Below, one piece after another: positions 19,654 through 29,421 of a stretch of 64,000 bases of DNA. The number at the start of each line of letters is the position of its first letter. Position 1 is the stretch's first letter. Source of the DNA: an uncultured Erythrobacter sp. (GTDB taxonomy: Bacteria > Pseudomonadota > Alphaproteobacteria > Sphingomonadales > Sphingomonadaceae); assembly GCA_947488085.1 (NCBI GenBank), contig CANKYI010000001.1, forward strand, positions 1,247,928 through 1,311,927, written 5' to 3'. A program made the position numbers and the translations under genes. The notes below the pieces were generated by a model. That model worked only from the letters and a program-made list of their open reading frames with translations. It was not told the origin of the DNA and ran no database searches.

Positions 19654-21995
19654 GGCAGAGTGATCGCCGCAACCGTGCCGCGGCCCTTTTCACTAGCCAA
19701 TTCCAGCGTGCCTCCATGCGCCTCAACCAACTCCCGCGCGAGACGGATGCCCAGCCCAGTGGCCTCTTGTCCCTCTGAACGTTCATCCGTTGTACCTTGC
19801 GCCCGCGCCAATTCCTCGGCTGTCATACCCAGACCATTATCACTGATAATCACCATGGCGCGCCATTCGTCTTCATCGTCGGGCTTGGGAATTTCGATCA
19901 AGATCTGACCCGCTTTGGGCGTGTGCTCAATGGCGTTGTCTAGCAAATTTCCCAGAGCACGGCTCAATTGTCGCGGATCGGCATCAACCACGCGCCCGCG
20001 GCGGCCTTTCAAATCCAATCCCAGCCCGGCCCCAATAATTGCCTGCTCGCGCTCTCGCACCAGCCCAGTGAGGAGCACCAGAAGATCGATCTCCTGCTTC
20101 TCAATAGGAAGTAAGCCAGCCTCGCTTTGCGAAAGGTCGAGCACGTTCTCAACCTGCTCAGTCAGCCGAGCTACGGAGGTCAGAATCGCATCGACATATT
20201 CAGTCGCCTGCTCGCTGACATCGCCTGCCGCACCGCTCTTCAATAGCTCAGCAAAACCGCCAATTGTAGTGAGCGGCGTGCGGAATTCGTAGGACATGTT
20301 AGCAAGGAAACGCGCCTTCACCGCATCTGCTTCTTCCAAAGCCACCGCTCGTTCACGCAGCGCTTTTTCAGCCTTTTGTGAGTCCGTGATGTCGAGGACG
20401 GTCAAAAGACCGTTACCGTCCGGCAGCGGCACCCCGGCGAAGCGCAATGTCCGGCCATCAGTAAGCGTCACTTGACCGTCTTTCTCGCGCCGGTCGAGCG
20501 TGGCTGCACGGACCACCGCTCCAATTTGCTCTGCCTGCGCTGGCCGCGCGAGGTTTTCGCCAATTGCAGTGAGCAAACCTTCCGCGCTTGGATGAGTGTC
20601 GAGAAATTCCGGCGGCAGCCCCCAAGTACCGGCAAAGCTACGGTTCCAAAGTTGAACTGACCCATCTGGTGAAAAGATCGCAAGCGCTTCAATCAGACTA
20701 TCGAGCGTGGCAGTCCGGGTACGCAGCAGCGTGTCACGGGTAGCAGATAGAGCGAGTTGTTCAGTCCGATCCTCTGCGATCATCACCAACCCGCCATCCG
20801 GCATCGGTTGCGCAACAATGCGCAGATGTGTGCCGCCCGATAGAGGCCAGTTTTCCTCCTGTGTCTGCGCACCGTCGAACCATGCGCGCTTCTCTCGCCG
20901 CCATTCTGGAAAATCGCGCACTTCGGGTGTGCTGCCCTGTTCGCGCGCGTCTGACAGGAAACGCTCAAATGGGATCGCGCCTTCGACGACGCCAGGCGAT
21001 AGGCCGAACTGGCGGCGGAATGGGCGATTGGCGAAGGCTAGCTGTTCCTGCGCATTGAACTGCGCAACGCCAACAGACAATTGGTCGAGCATCGCACGTT
21101 GAGCATCACGAAATGCTCTGAATTCGCGCGCAACCTGCTGTTGTTCCTCAATATCGAAGGCATAGCCTGCCACGCCATCATCGCTCAGCGGAAGGTCGGT
21201 AACCCGCACGCTGCGACGCTCACCATCAATCGTCACCGCATCAATGCGCTGCATTTCTGCCTGACTGGAGAGGCTTTCGCGTGCTATATCGGCAGGGCTT
21301 TTCCCGCCCTCGGGTTCGAGCAGTTCGATCTGCCCTTCAACAACAGCGGCAAGGCTTTCCGCCCCCACCGCATCGACATAGGCTTTGTTCACGAGCCGCA
21401 ACCGCATCTCCGCATCGCGAAACCACATTGGCATGGGAGCCGCTTCGATCAGGCCCATAAGCGCAGAAAAGTCGGATTCCGCGCGCTCCGCTGTAGAGCG
21501 CAGCTGGACCAGTTCATCCTCGCTCGCGGTAAAGTCGAACACCCACACAATCGCAGCGCCTCCGGGCGAGACCTGTGGATCGGCGAGCGAGCCTTGCATC
21601 GCAAGACTGCGGCGTGATCCGGGCGGTGTCAGCACCATTTGAAACGGAGCAGCGCTTTTCTGAGTCAGGCGAACTTTTTCGGCCAGTTCCTCAACCTGTG
21701 CCGCTGACAATCCTTCATCGTCATTGCCTGCCAGTTCGGACAAATATTGAGGCATCGTCGAATGGCCCAACCACCGCGCGAGCCGTTCGGGCGCTTCGAT
21801 CCGGCCGTCGACCCTTACAAGCAGCGGGATAGCAGGCGCCGCATCCAGCATCGTCTGCATGCGCTTCAGAGAGGTTTTGATCGCCGTGCTGCGCCGCGTC
21901 TTCGCACCAGCGCGCAGCACCATCACCGCAGCCGCTATTGTCCACGCTGCCAAAAGCAGCGCGATTCCAATCAAAGCGAGCGGGGAAAATTCCAT
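19650..21995 (-). CDS. divL: PAS-domain histidine-kinase-like protein with Tyr at the phospho-His position (DivL-like)
   Basis: N-terminal TM, multiple PAS folds, DHp motif reads NMSYEFRTPLT (Tyr instead of His), HATPase N/G boxes. Confidence 0.8.
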   Translation of the reverse strand: MEFSPLALIGIALLLAAWTIAAAVMVLRAGAKTRRSTAIKTSLKRMQTMLDAAPAIPLLVRVDGRIEAPERLARWLGHSTMPQYLSELAGNDDEGLSAAQVEELAEKVRLTQKSAAPFQMVLTPPGSRRSLAMQGSLADPQVSPGGAAIVWVFDFTASEDELVQLRSTAERAESDFSALMGLIEAAPMPMWFRDAEMRLRLVNKAYVDAVGAESLAAVVEGQIELLEPEGGKSPADIARESLSSQAEMQRIDAVTIDGERRSVRVTDLPLSDDGVAGYAFDIEEQQQVAREFRAFRDAQRAMLDQLSVGVAQFNAQEQLAFANRPFRRQFGLSPGVVEGAIPFERFLSDAREQGSTPEVRDFPEWRREKRAWFDGAQTQEENWPLSGGTHLRIVAQPMPDGGLVMIAEDRTEQLALSATRDTLLRTRTATLDSLIEALAIFSPDGSVQLWNRSFAGTWGLPPEFLDTHPSAEGLLTAIGENLARPAQAEQIGAVVRAATLDRREKDGQVTLTDGRTLRFAGVPLPDGNGLLTVLDITDSQKAEKALRERAVALEEADAVKARFLANMSYEFRTPLTTIGGFAELLKSGAAGDVSEQATEYVDAILTSVARLTEQVENVLDLSQSEAGLLPIEKQEIDLLVLLTGLVREREQAIIGAGLGLDLKGRRGRVVDADPRQLSRALGNLLDNAIEHTPKAGQILIEIPKPDDEDEWRAMVIISDNGLGMTAEELARAQGTTDERSEGQEATGLGIRLARELVEAHGGTLELASEKGRGTVAAITLP

Positions 21996-22044
21996 TCAGA
22001 TGAGCTATGCCGGGAAGGCGATGCTTGCAACTGCCCGACCATAG

Positions 22045-22082
22045 AAAAGCCCCCGCAAATGTCTCCATTTGCGAGGGCTTTC
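22045..22082 (-). terminator. Rho-independent terminator after ahcY
   Basis: Long stem AAAGCCCTCGCAAATG/CATTTGCGGGGGCTTT followed by a U tract on the minus strand. Confidence 0.75.
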
Positions 22083-22115
22083 GTTGTTTTGTGACAGGCC
22101 GACGGCCTGACGCGA

Positions 22116-23534
22116 TTAATAGCGGTAGTGATCAGGCTTAAACGGACCCTCAGCAGGCACACCGATATAGTCCGCTTGGACCTGGCTCAGCTTCGACAAT
22201 TGCACGCCCAATTTCTCGAGATGCAATGCAGCAACTTTCTCATCAAGATGCTTCGGCAGGACGTAAACGTCGTTCTCATATTCATCCGATTTGGTGAACA
22301 ATTCGATCTGCGCAAGCGTCTGGTTGGTAAAGCTTGCGCTCATGACAAAGCTTGGGTGGCCGGTGGCACAGCCCAGATTGACCAAGCGACCTTTGGCAAG
22401 GATCAACAGCGACTTTCCATCAGGCATGGTGACCATGTCGGTGCCTTCCTTGATTTCCTTCCACTCGTAATTGTCGAGGGCAGAAATCTGAATTTCGCTG
22501 TCAAAGTGGCCAATGTTGCATACGATGGCCATGTTCTTCATCGCCTTCATATGCTCGCCGGTGATGACGTCTTCGTTGCCGGTTGCCGTCACAAAGATAT
22601 CGGCGCGCTTTGCGCCTTCTTCCATCGTTACAACCTCATAGCCGTCCATCGCCGCCTGCAATGCGCAGATCGGGTCAATTTCGGTGACCATAACGCGGGC
22701 ACCGCCATCACGCAGAGACGCGGCAGAACCCTTGCCCACATCGCCATAGCCGGCAACACAAGCAACCTTGCCAGCCAGCATAACGTCAGTGGCGCGGCGG
22801 ATTGCGTCAACCAGCGATTCCTTACAGCCGTAGAGATTGTCGAACTTCGACTTGGTCACGCTGTCGTTCACATTGATCGCTGGGAAAGGCAGCTTGCCCT
22901 GCTTGGCGATTTGATAAAGGCGCATAACGCCGGTTGTGGTCTCTTCGGATACGCCCTTGATGTTCTTCACGCTCTTGGTGAGGTAGCCGGGCTTTGCGGC
23001 GACATAGGCTTTGAGAGCGCGCTGAAATTCAATTTCTTCGGCATTGGCTGGCGCAGGCATTTCTTCGCCCGCTTCGATCCGCGCACCCCATAGAGCGAAC
23101 ATGGTCGCATCACCGCCATCATCGAGAATGATGTTGGTGGTCAGATCGGGATCGCTATCTGTCGACCAATCGAAGATGCGACCGACATAGTCCCAATAAT
23201 CAGCCAGCGTTTCGCCCTTGATCGCGAACACCGGAATGCCTTGATCTGCAATTGCAGCCGCCGCGTGATCTTGTGTCGAGAAAATGTTGCAGGTCGCCCA
23301 GCGCACTTCGGCACCCAGTGCTACCAGCGTTTCAATCAGCACAGCGGTCTGGATCGTCATGTGCAGCGAGCCGGTGATGCGCGCGCCCTTCAGAGGCTGA
23401 GCGGCACCATATTCTTCGCGCAAAGCCATCAGGCCTGGCATTTCGATCTCTGCGATCGCAATTTCGTCGCGGCCATATTGAGCCAGCGAGATGTCTTTGA
23501 TGATGTGTTCCTGAGTTGGCGCAGTTGTGGCCAT
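22116..23534 (-). CDS. ahcY: Adenosylhomocysteinase
   Basis: [35 protein letters not shown] and GYGDVGKG motifs; ends HYRY. Confidence 0.99.
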   Translation of the reverse strand: MATTAPTQEHIIKDISLAQYGRDEIAIAEIEMPGLMALREEYGAAQPLKGARITGSLHMTIQTAVLIETLVALGAEVRWATCNIFSTQDHAAAAIADQGIPVFAIKGETLADYWDYVGRIFDWSTDSDPDLTTNIILDDGGDATMFALWGARIEAGEEMPAPANAEEIEFQRALKAYVAAKPGYLTKSVKNIKGVSEETTTGVMRLYQIAKQGKLPFPAINVNDSVTKSKFDNLYGCKESLVDAIRRATDVMLAGKVACVAGYGDVGKGSAASLRDGGARVMVTEIDPICALQAAMDGYEVVTMEEGAKRADIFVTATGNEDVITGEHMKAMKNMAIVCNIGHFDSEIQISALDNYEWKEIKEGTDMVTMPDGKSLLILAKGRLVNLGCATGHPSFVMSASFTNQTLAQIELFTKSDEYENDVYVLPKHLDEKVAALHLEKLGVQLSKLSQVQADYIGVPAEGPFKPDHYRY

Positions 23535-23599
23535 GAGAAAGTCTCCTAGGTGAAATCTGTCTTGCATAGCGCCCTAGCGGCGCACCAGCTCACAATCAA

Positions 23600-23619
23600 A
23601 TATAAAGTTATCTTTATAT
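23600..23619. promoter_or_regulatory. Palindromic operator ATATAAAG-N4-CTTTATAT upstream of ahcY (SahR-type site)
   Basis: Perfect 8-4-8 palindrome 65 bp upstream of ahcY. It resembles my recollection of the SahR (ArsR-family) motif of alphaproteobacterial methionine-cycle genes. Confidence 0.65.
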
Positions 23620-23695
23620 CTGTAATTGTTGCTCCCTGACCAATGCCGACTATATCGGAATGCACAGACTTCCCTAAGCATAAGGATATTACGCA

Positions 23696-24175
23696 ATGAC
23701 GATTTCGGTTGGCGACAAACTGCCTGACGTGACGCTGGTAAAAGCAACTGCCGAAGGGCCAGAGCAGGTTCAGGCATCAGAGTATTTCGCTGGCAAAAAG
23801 GTCGCGTTGTTCTCTGTACCCGGTGCGTTCACGCCGACGTGCTCGGCCAAGCACCTTCCCGGCTTTGTGGAAAAGGCAGAGGAGCTGAAAGCCAAGGGCG
23901 TTGACGAGATTGTCGGCACGGCGGTCAATGATGCTTTTGTTATGGGGGCATGGAACTCAGCGGCGGGCAGCGACGACATTACGATGCTCGCAGACGGCAA
24001 TGGCGATTTTGCCGATGGCGTTGGTCTGACCATGGACGGATCAGGCTTTGGCATGGGCAAGCGCGGGCAGCGTTTCTCAATGGTTGTGAATGACGGCGTC
24101 GTCGAACAGCTAAATGTCGAAGCACCCGGCGATTTCAAAGTATCCAGCGCAGAGCATATGCTCGATCAGCTTTGA
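23696..24175 (+). CDS. Peroxiredoxin (Prx5/type II)
   Basis: PGAFTPTCS--HLPG and VNDAFVMGAW motifs. Confidence 0.95.
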   Translation: MTISVGDKLPDVTLVKATAEGPEQVQASEYFAGKKVALFSVPGAFTPTCSAKHLPGFVEKAEELKAKGVDEIVGTAVNDAFVMGAWNSAAGSDDITMLADGNGDFADGVGLTMDGSGFGMGKRGQRFSMVVNDGVVEQLNVEAPGDFKVSSAEHMLDQL

Positions 24176-24194
24176 TCCGCTGACAAAACGACAC

Positions 24195-24230
24195 AAAAAA
24201 GGGCGCTCTATCAGGGCGCCCTTTTTCTTT
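24195..24230. terminator. Bidirectional Rho-independent terminator
   Basis: A6-GGGCGCTCT-ATC-AGGGCGCCC-T5 between convergent genes. Confidence 0.85.
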
Positions 24231-24255
24231 GGTTCTCTCACTGAGTGAAATCCGT

Positions 24256-24696
24256 CTATTCAGCTGATACCGGTATCGCATAGGTCACAGTCGATTGCGC
24301 AGCGATGTTAGCGGGCTCACCCTGCCAAATCCGAACATCCACTGTCGCCAGTCTCCGACCCAACTTAATCAAATGCGCATCGGCAAAAAACGGCTCGGCA
24401 GCCAAACCGCGCAGAAAGCTCATATTGAGGTTGCTGGTCACCGCCATGGGAACAATGCCGATATGGGCAAGGATCACCGCATAGGCCACGCGGTCAGCGA
24501 GTGCCATTTGCGTTGGCCCTGACACGATTCCACCGGGACGCAGCATAGTGGGGTCGGGAGTTTGCTTCATCTGGAGGAAGCCAGGCGCGATACGCGAAAA
24601 TTCTGTGGCGGAATGATTTTGCCCAGGAAAGGCCTCGACGAAAAACTCGGCCAATTGCTTCGCCGAAAGAACAGGCTTGTAAGGTGAAGGCGTCAT
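24256..24696 (-). CDS. PaaI family thioesterase (hotdog fold)
   Basis: RPGGIVSGPTQMALAD, AVTSNLNMSFL and KLGRRLA motifs. Confidence 0.88.
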   Translation of the reverse strand: MTPSPYKPVLSAKQLAEFFVEAFPGQNHSATEFSRIAPGFLQMKQTPDPTMLRPGGIVSGPTQMALADRVAYAVILAHIGIVPMAVTSNLNMSFLRGLAAEPFFADAHLIKLGRRLATVDVRIWQGEPANIAAQSTVTYAIPVSAE

Positions 24697-24741
24697 CACA
24701 TCGACAGTGCTACGAAACGACGCCCACCTCAAGCACGCCTT

Positions 24742-25365
24742 TTAAAAGCCCATGAGGCTCATCACTTCCTTACGACTGCGGTGGTCTTCGAGGAAACAGC
24801 CCATCATCCGGCTGGTCAGCATCTCAACCTCGTGCACCTTTACTCCGCGCCCTGTCATACAGCCATGTTCTGCCTCAATCACCACAGCGACACCGCGCGG
24901 TTCAAGATTATCCCAGATGCATTCGGCGACCTCCGCGGTCAGTCGCTCCTGAACTTGCAGACGGTTGGCAAAGCCATGCAGCACCCGTGCGAGCTTTGAG
25001 ATACCAACGATCTTCTTGTCGGGAAGATATGCGATATGCGCTTTACCGGTGATTGGGGCCATGTGGTGTTCGCAATGCGAATGGAACGGAATGCCTTTCA
25101 GCAGCACGATCTCGTCATAGCCACCGACCTCTTCGAATATGCGGCTGAGGTGGATCGCAGGGTCGCTTTGGTTGCCCTGACAATATTCCAACCATGCCCG
25201 GCCCACACGTTTTGGCGTGTCGAGAAGACCTTCTCGGGTTGGGTCATCGCCCGCCCAGCGTAGTAGAGTGCGGATCGCTTCTTGCACTTCCTCGGGTACG
25301 TCAGGCTTGTTCAATGGGTTCTCCGCGTCGAATTCATCTTGGGTCTGAACATTCATGTAGTTCAT
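24742..25365 (-). CDS. folE: GTP cyclohydrolase I
   Basis: REGLLDTPKRV, SHCEHH, GISKLAR, RLQVQERLT and HGCM motifs. Confidence 0.98.
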   Translation of the reverse strand: MNYMNVQTQDEFDAENPLNKPDVPEEVQEAIRTLLRWAGDDPTREGLLDTPKRVGRAWLEYCQGNQSDPAIHLSRIFEEVGGYDEIVLLKGIPFHSHCEHHMAPITGKAHIAYLPDKKIVGISKLARVLHGFANRLQVQERLTAEVAECIWDNLEPRGVAVVIEAEHGCMTGRGVKVHEVEMLTSRMMGCFLEDHRSRKEVMSLMGF

Positions 25366-25621
25366 GGCATACCTTTCTGCGGCCCGTCACGGACCTATTT
25401 CTGGCAAGCTGATGGACCCGGTGAGTGGCCCGCCCTCTTTTAACATGATCCCAAAGAGAAAAAGCGTGACGCTTCAAAGAGTTCCGTGCGAAATTTGCAA
25501 CATGCGCAAAGCGATGCGTTAAAGGCAACTGCCCGTTTTCTTCTACGCCTTTATATAACGGCAACTTGGGTGATTTCACCTTATGGAGCGAGAGACTAGC
25601 TGATTTCCGGAGTTCAGAACC

Positions 25622-25657
25622 AAAAAAGGGACCGCCCCGGTGGGCAGTCCCTTTTTT
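25622..25657 (-). terminator. Terminator downstream of tRNA-Arg
   Basis: A6-GGGAC-CGCCC-CGGT-GGGCA-GTCCC-T6; the single mismatch becomes a G-U pair on the minus strand. Confidence 0.85.
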
Positions 25658-25733
25658 GGCGCGCCAGGAAGGATTCGAACCTCCGGCCGCCTGATTCGTA
25701 GTCAGGTACTCTATCCAGCTGAGCTACTGGCGC
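25657..25733 (-). tRNA. tRNA-Arg (ACG)
   Basis: GCGCCAG acceptor stem pairs with CTGGCGC; D arm GCTCAGCTGGATAGAGT; anticodon loop CT-ACG-AA; GGTTCGAATCC T arm; encoded CCA; 77 nt. Confidence 0.98.
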
Positions 25734-25802
25734 GCGTGAGAAGGGCCACTTACGGGGGCTTGAACCGCTTGGCAATCCCTTTAGCCCCCTTTCGGCTTCC
25801 TT

Positions 25803-26246
25803 TTATAAGGGTTTTGCAAAAAGCTGTGCCGCAAGTTCAGAATCGAGCGGCGGTTTTTCCAATTCTTCGATCTCTTTGCCCGTGAACCAACCGATTCGTC
25901 CGCCTTCCAGCGCCTGCGGGTCACCCCGCCAATGCCTCACATTGTAAAGCAGGATTACAATCGGTGATCCGCCATCCTCGCTGATTTCTTCAGCGAAACT
26001 GGCTGGCTTACAATCGTCCACCCGGACGGTGACACCCAACTCCTCGTGCAGTTCCCGTATCAAAGCTTTCACTGGAATTTCAGCATCTTCGACCTTGCCA
26101 CCGGGGAATTCCCATAGGCCCCCGTGATGTTTTTCAAAAGGTCTCCGCTGCATAAGCCAACTGTCTTCTGAAGCGCTCAGTGCCCCTGCAACAACCCAGA
26201 TCGGACCAGCTCCTATGTCGGATTTTTTTCCATCCATGACCGTCAT
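25803..26246 (-). CDS. NUDIX hydrolase, MutT-like
   Basis: WEFPGGKVE-----ALIRELHEELG Nudix box. Confidence 0.9.
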   Translation of the reverse strand: MTVMDGKKSDIGAGPIWVVAGALSASEDSWLMQRRPFEKHHGGLWEFPGGKVEDAEIPVKALIRELHEELGVTVRVDDCKPASFAEEISEDGGSPIVILLYNVRHWRGDPQALEGGRIGWFTGKEIEELEKPPLDSELAAQLFAKPL

Positions 26247-26247
26247 C

Positions 26248-26263
26248 TCAACCTTTTCTTAAC
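26248..26263. promoter_or_regulatory. CtrA-like box upstream of the Flp pilins
   Basis: TCAA-N7-TTAAC, one mismatch to TTAA-N7-TTAA, 50 bp before the first pilin. Pilin genes are known CtrA targets in Caulobacter. Confidence 0.45.
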
Positions 26264-26313
26264 GCGAAACCGCGATTTCAAGTCTCATCAGGAACGTAGG
26301 GACGGGTGATCTC

Positions 26314-26499
26314 ATGAAATTGACGACATTCCTTAAGCACATTGGAAACGACAATTCAGGTGCCACCGCCGTTGAATACGGACTGATCGTGAGTCTGATC
26401 GTTATTGCAATGATTGGTGCTCTCCAAGGCGTAGCCGAGGCGACCACCGATACATGGAGTGATGTTGAGACCGCGTCTGTGGAGGCGATGGGCGGTTAA
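26314..26499 (+). CDS. Flp family type IVb pilin
   Basis: G/ATAVEYGLI prepilin motif followed by a hydrophobic helix. Confidence 0.93.
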   Translation: MKLTTFLKHIGNDNSGATAVEYGLIVSLIVIAMIGALQGVAEATTDTWSDVETASVEAMGG

Positions 26500-26616
26500 C
26501 ACTTTTGAAAGGCTGCGAATTAGCAACTTCTCAAGACCTGCCGATTAAATCCATCATTGTTCATTCGTTGATTTGGGTGAGCACGGGTACCGAAAGACCA
26601 AACCAGGAGACTTAAA

Positions 26617-26778
26617 ATGACTTTTTTCAACAAACTGGCTCGTGACGAGCAAGGCGCGACTGCAATTGAGTACGGCCTTATTGCTGCTTTGATCGCTGTT
26701 GCAGCTATCACTGCAATGGGTTCGCTGGGTAACACCCTGAGCGACACGTTCTCTGAAGTTCAGACCGAAATGGAATAA
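26617..26778 (+). CDS. Flp family type IVb pilin (second copy; absent from the ORF track)
   Basis: Translated by hand: MTFFNKLARDEQGATAIEYGLIAALIAVAAITAMGSLGNTLSDTFSEVQTEME*; SD AGGAGA. Confidence 0.95.
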   Translation: MTFFNKLARDEQGATAIEYGLIAALIAVAAITAMGSLGNTLSDTFSEVQTEME

Positions 26779-26800
26779 GTCGAAAGACTTTTTCAAAGAG

Positions 26801-26833
26801 AAAGCGGCGGGGATTTCCCCGCCGCTTTTTTTT
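26801..26833 (+). terminator. Rho-independent terminator after the pilins
   Basis: AAAGCGGCGGGG-ATTT-CCCCGCCGC-T8. Confidence 0.9.
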
Positions 26834-26871
26834 GTGCCTTTTTCGAGGTGAATTGAAAAGCGCCTAAACAA

Positions 26872-28353
26872 TCACCGACCGCGAACGACCAATTTCACCT
26901 TCTGGCCCGCGACCAATCCATCGTTCGTGCCCAATGCGTTGAGCACACGGAACCGCTGAACCTGCCCAGTGTCATAGGCCATCCGCCGCGCAAGCCCTGC
27001 CACGGTATCGCCACGCTGCACCGTCACAACTTGCAAACGGCGCGGAATTACCTGCGCGGCCTCGGACGCACTGATTCGACGCATCGATTGGAACATCGCC
27101 GAAAAGGTGTTGGCGTTGCCCGCTGGCGTGATCGCGGCGAAATGATAGGCGCGATCATTGGCAAATTCGTAGGCGAAGATCGTCACGTCCACCTGATTTT
27201 GACCATTATTCACGCGCGCCTGACCATAGGCCGCGCGAATCCCGTTAACGGTTGTGCGCTGAATCGATTGCGGCGCGAGATTGTTATTCTCCCCGCCAAG
27301 CACCCTGAATTGCTGGCGAATATAGCTATCCAGATCGCCATTATAGGGAGCCAGAGTCAATTGCGCCTGCCCGCCTTGGCCGTTTACGCTCACCGCGCTG
27401 GTCGAATTGACCATGTAAAACCCTTGCGGCGCCGTGAAAGACAGTCGCAATTCAGGATGAATGAACCGGCTTCCTTCAATCACGCCCTGCGCAGGATCAT
27501 CACCATATAGCAGCCCGTCGATCCTATTCAGGAAGGTATCGCGATTCGTGACACTCCCGGGCAGCCCTTGTGATGCGGAAAGCGCGCGCTGAACACGACT
27601 GGCCGGGTCGGGATGAGTCGATGCCCATGCCGGAACAGTCGCGTTACCCCGCCCTTGAAGCTGCGCATCCAAGCTGTTTTGCGCGGCCAAACTGGCGAGG
27701 ACGGTGCCCATAGCCTTTGGATCATAGCCCGCTTTGGTGAGATACTGGATACCCAGATCGTCTGCTTCAATCTCCTGAGAGCGCGAAAAGCTGAGTGTAA
27801 GCAGCTGTGATCCCTGCATAAATCCGCGCGACACGGTATTACCGATCGAGCTATCACCGAGCAGGACCGAACTGCCAATTGCTCCCAAGACGCCCAAGAT
27901 TGAGTTACGCTGTGCGCGTTGTTGCCGCCGTTGTGAGTGACGTGCAGCAACGTGGCCGACTTCGTGGCCCAGCACACCGGCCAATTCCGCTTCATTATTC
28001 ATCAACGTCACAAGCTGGCGCGTTGTGTAAATATAGCCACCGGGCACCGCAAAAGCGTTGTTCACCGGCGAATTGAGCAGACTGACCGTGAAGCTTTCGC
28101 GCGCATTGCCAAGGCCGGATTGCACCGCAATGTTCTTGCCTACTTGCTCGACATATTGCGCCTGAGCGCCGGTCATTGCACCGCCAAATTGGTTTAACAA
28201 TTGCGGGTGGAACTCGGCCCCTTGTTGCGCCTCAGTTGTGGTAATCGGTGCTGATGCGGACGGAATAGACCCGCCACCGCCCATGCATCCAGTCAGTGCA
28301 AGAGCAAGCGGTGCTGCCCCCGCCATCCAAATTTTGCGTGCAGTGATAGCCAT
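26872..28353 (-). CDS. M48 family zinc metalloprotease lipoprotein with C-terminal LysM-like domain
   Basis: Lipobox LTGC, VNNAFAVPGG, HEVGH, FSRSQEIEAD, THP and VTVQRGDTV motifs. Confidence 0.9.
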   Translation of the reverse strand: MAITARKIWMAGAAPLALALTGCMGGGGSIPSASAPITTTEAQQGAEFHPQLLNQFGGAMTGAQAQYVEQVGKNIAVQSGLGNARESFTVSLLNSPVNNAFAVPGGYIYTTRQLVTLMNNEAELAGVLGHEVGHVAARHSQRRQQRAQRNSILGVLGAIGSSVLLGDSSIGNTVSRGFMQGSQLLTLSFSRSQEIEADDLGIQYLTKAGYDPKAMGTVLASLAAQNSLDAQLQGRGNATVPAWASTHPDPASRVQRALSASQGLPGSVTNRDTFLNRIDGLLYGDDPAQGVIEGSRFIHPELRLSFTAPQGFYMVNSTSAVSVNGQGGQAQLTLAPYNGDLDSYIRQQFRVLGGENNNLAPQSIQRTTVNGIRAAYGQARVNNGQNQVDVTIFAYEFANDRAYHFAAITPAGNANTFSAMFQSMRRISASEAAQVIPRRLQVVTVQRGDTVAGLARRMAYDTGQVQRFRVLNALGTNDGLVAGQKVKLVVRGR

Positions 28354-28466
28354 CGAATTTCTCCCGCCTTTATGCGTGACCGCGCGTTCAGTCGCGCTTG
28401 GCCAATTTCCCCGTTTGATGAGGAGAGTATCGGGAAAAGCGGTGGTCAGGGCAAGCCCTGCGCGCG

Positions 28467-29411
28467 TCATCCGCCGAGCTGCAGGAACCGTTCCTCGCGC
28501 ATTCGGAGCAGTGCATCACTGTCCATTTCGCTCAAAGTATCAATCTCTTCACCTAAGACCTTCGCAAGAGTTCTAGCCATTGACTGACTATCGCGATGGG
28601 CTCCGCCGACAGGTTCTTTTACAATCCTGTCTATCACATTCAGCCGTTTGAGATGCTGAGCGGTGATCTTCATCGCTTGTGCCGCTTCGGACGCTTTGTC
28701 CGCTGTGCGCCATAGGATTGATGCACACCCTTCGGGCGAAATCACCGAATAAACCGAGTGTTCGAGCATTAAGACACGTTCAGCACTGGCCAGCGCGACG
28801 GCCCCACCAGAACCGCCCTCACCCACGACGACAGCAACCATCGGAACTGGCAGTGCCAGACAAGCTTCGGTCGAACGAGCAATAGCCTCGGCTTGGCCGC
28901 GCTCCTCTGCCTCGATCCCCGGAAATGCGCCGGATGTGTCCACCAAAGTCACGACCGGCAACCCAAACCGTCCAGCGAGTTCCATCAAGCGGATTGCTTT
29001 GCGATAGCCCTCAGGCTTTCCCATCCCGAAATTGTGCGCAATGCGGCTCTGTGTATCGTTGCCCTTTTCATGGCCGATCAACATCACGCGACGGCCATCA
29101 AGCTTTGCAAAGCCGCCCATGATTGCAATGTCATCGCCGTAATAGCGATCCCCGCCAAGCGGCATGAAATCGGTAAAGGCCTCCGCCACATAGTCGCGAA
29201 AATGCGGGCGCTGTGGGTGACGCGCGACTTGCGTTTTTTGCCACGGGGTTAGCGAGGCATACGTGCTCGCAAGCAAGTCGGCACTTTTCGCCTCTAGCCG
29301 CTCAATCTCAGCAGCAACATCGACTTCGTGATTGGTGTCGAGACCGCGCAACTCGCCGATGCGTTCTTCGAGGCTGGCGACGGGCTTCTCGAATTCGAGA
29401 TAGGAAATCAT
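28467..29411 (-). CDS. accA: Acetyl-CoA carboxylase carboxyltransferase subunit alpha
   Basis: [27 protein letters not shown] and EGGSGGA motifs. Confidence 0.98.
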   Translation of the reverse strand: MISYLEFEKPVASLEERIGELRGLDTNHEVDVAAEIERLEAKSADLLASTYASLTPWQKTQVARHPQRPHFRDYVAEAFTDFMPLGGDRYYGDDIAIMGGFAKLDGRRVMLIGHEKGNDTQSRIAHNFGMGKPEGYRKAIRLMELAGRFGLPVVTLVDTSGAFPGIEAEERGQAEAIARSTEACLALPVPMVAVVVGEGGSGGAVALASAERVLMLEHSVYSVISPEGCASILWRTADKASEAAQAMKITAQHLKRLNVIDRIVKEPVGGAHRDSQSMARTLAKVLGEEIDTLSEMDSDALLRMREERFLQLGG

Positions 29412-29421
29412 GGGGTCTGCG

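Noticed and set aside
23535-23695. SAH riboswitch upstream of ahcY
   Set aside because: No GAGGAGCG...CAGGCTC core is visible; a protein operator palindrome explains the region better.
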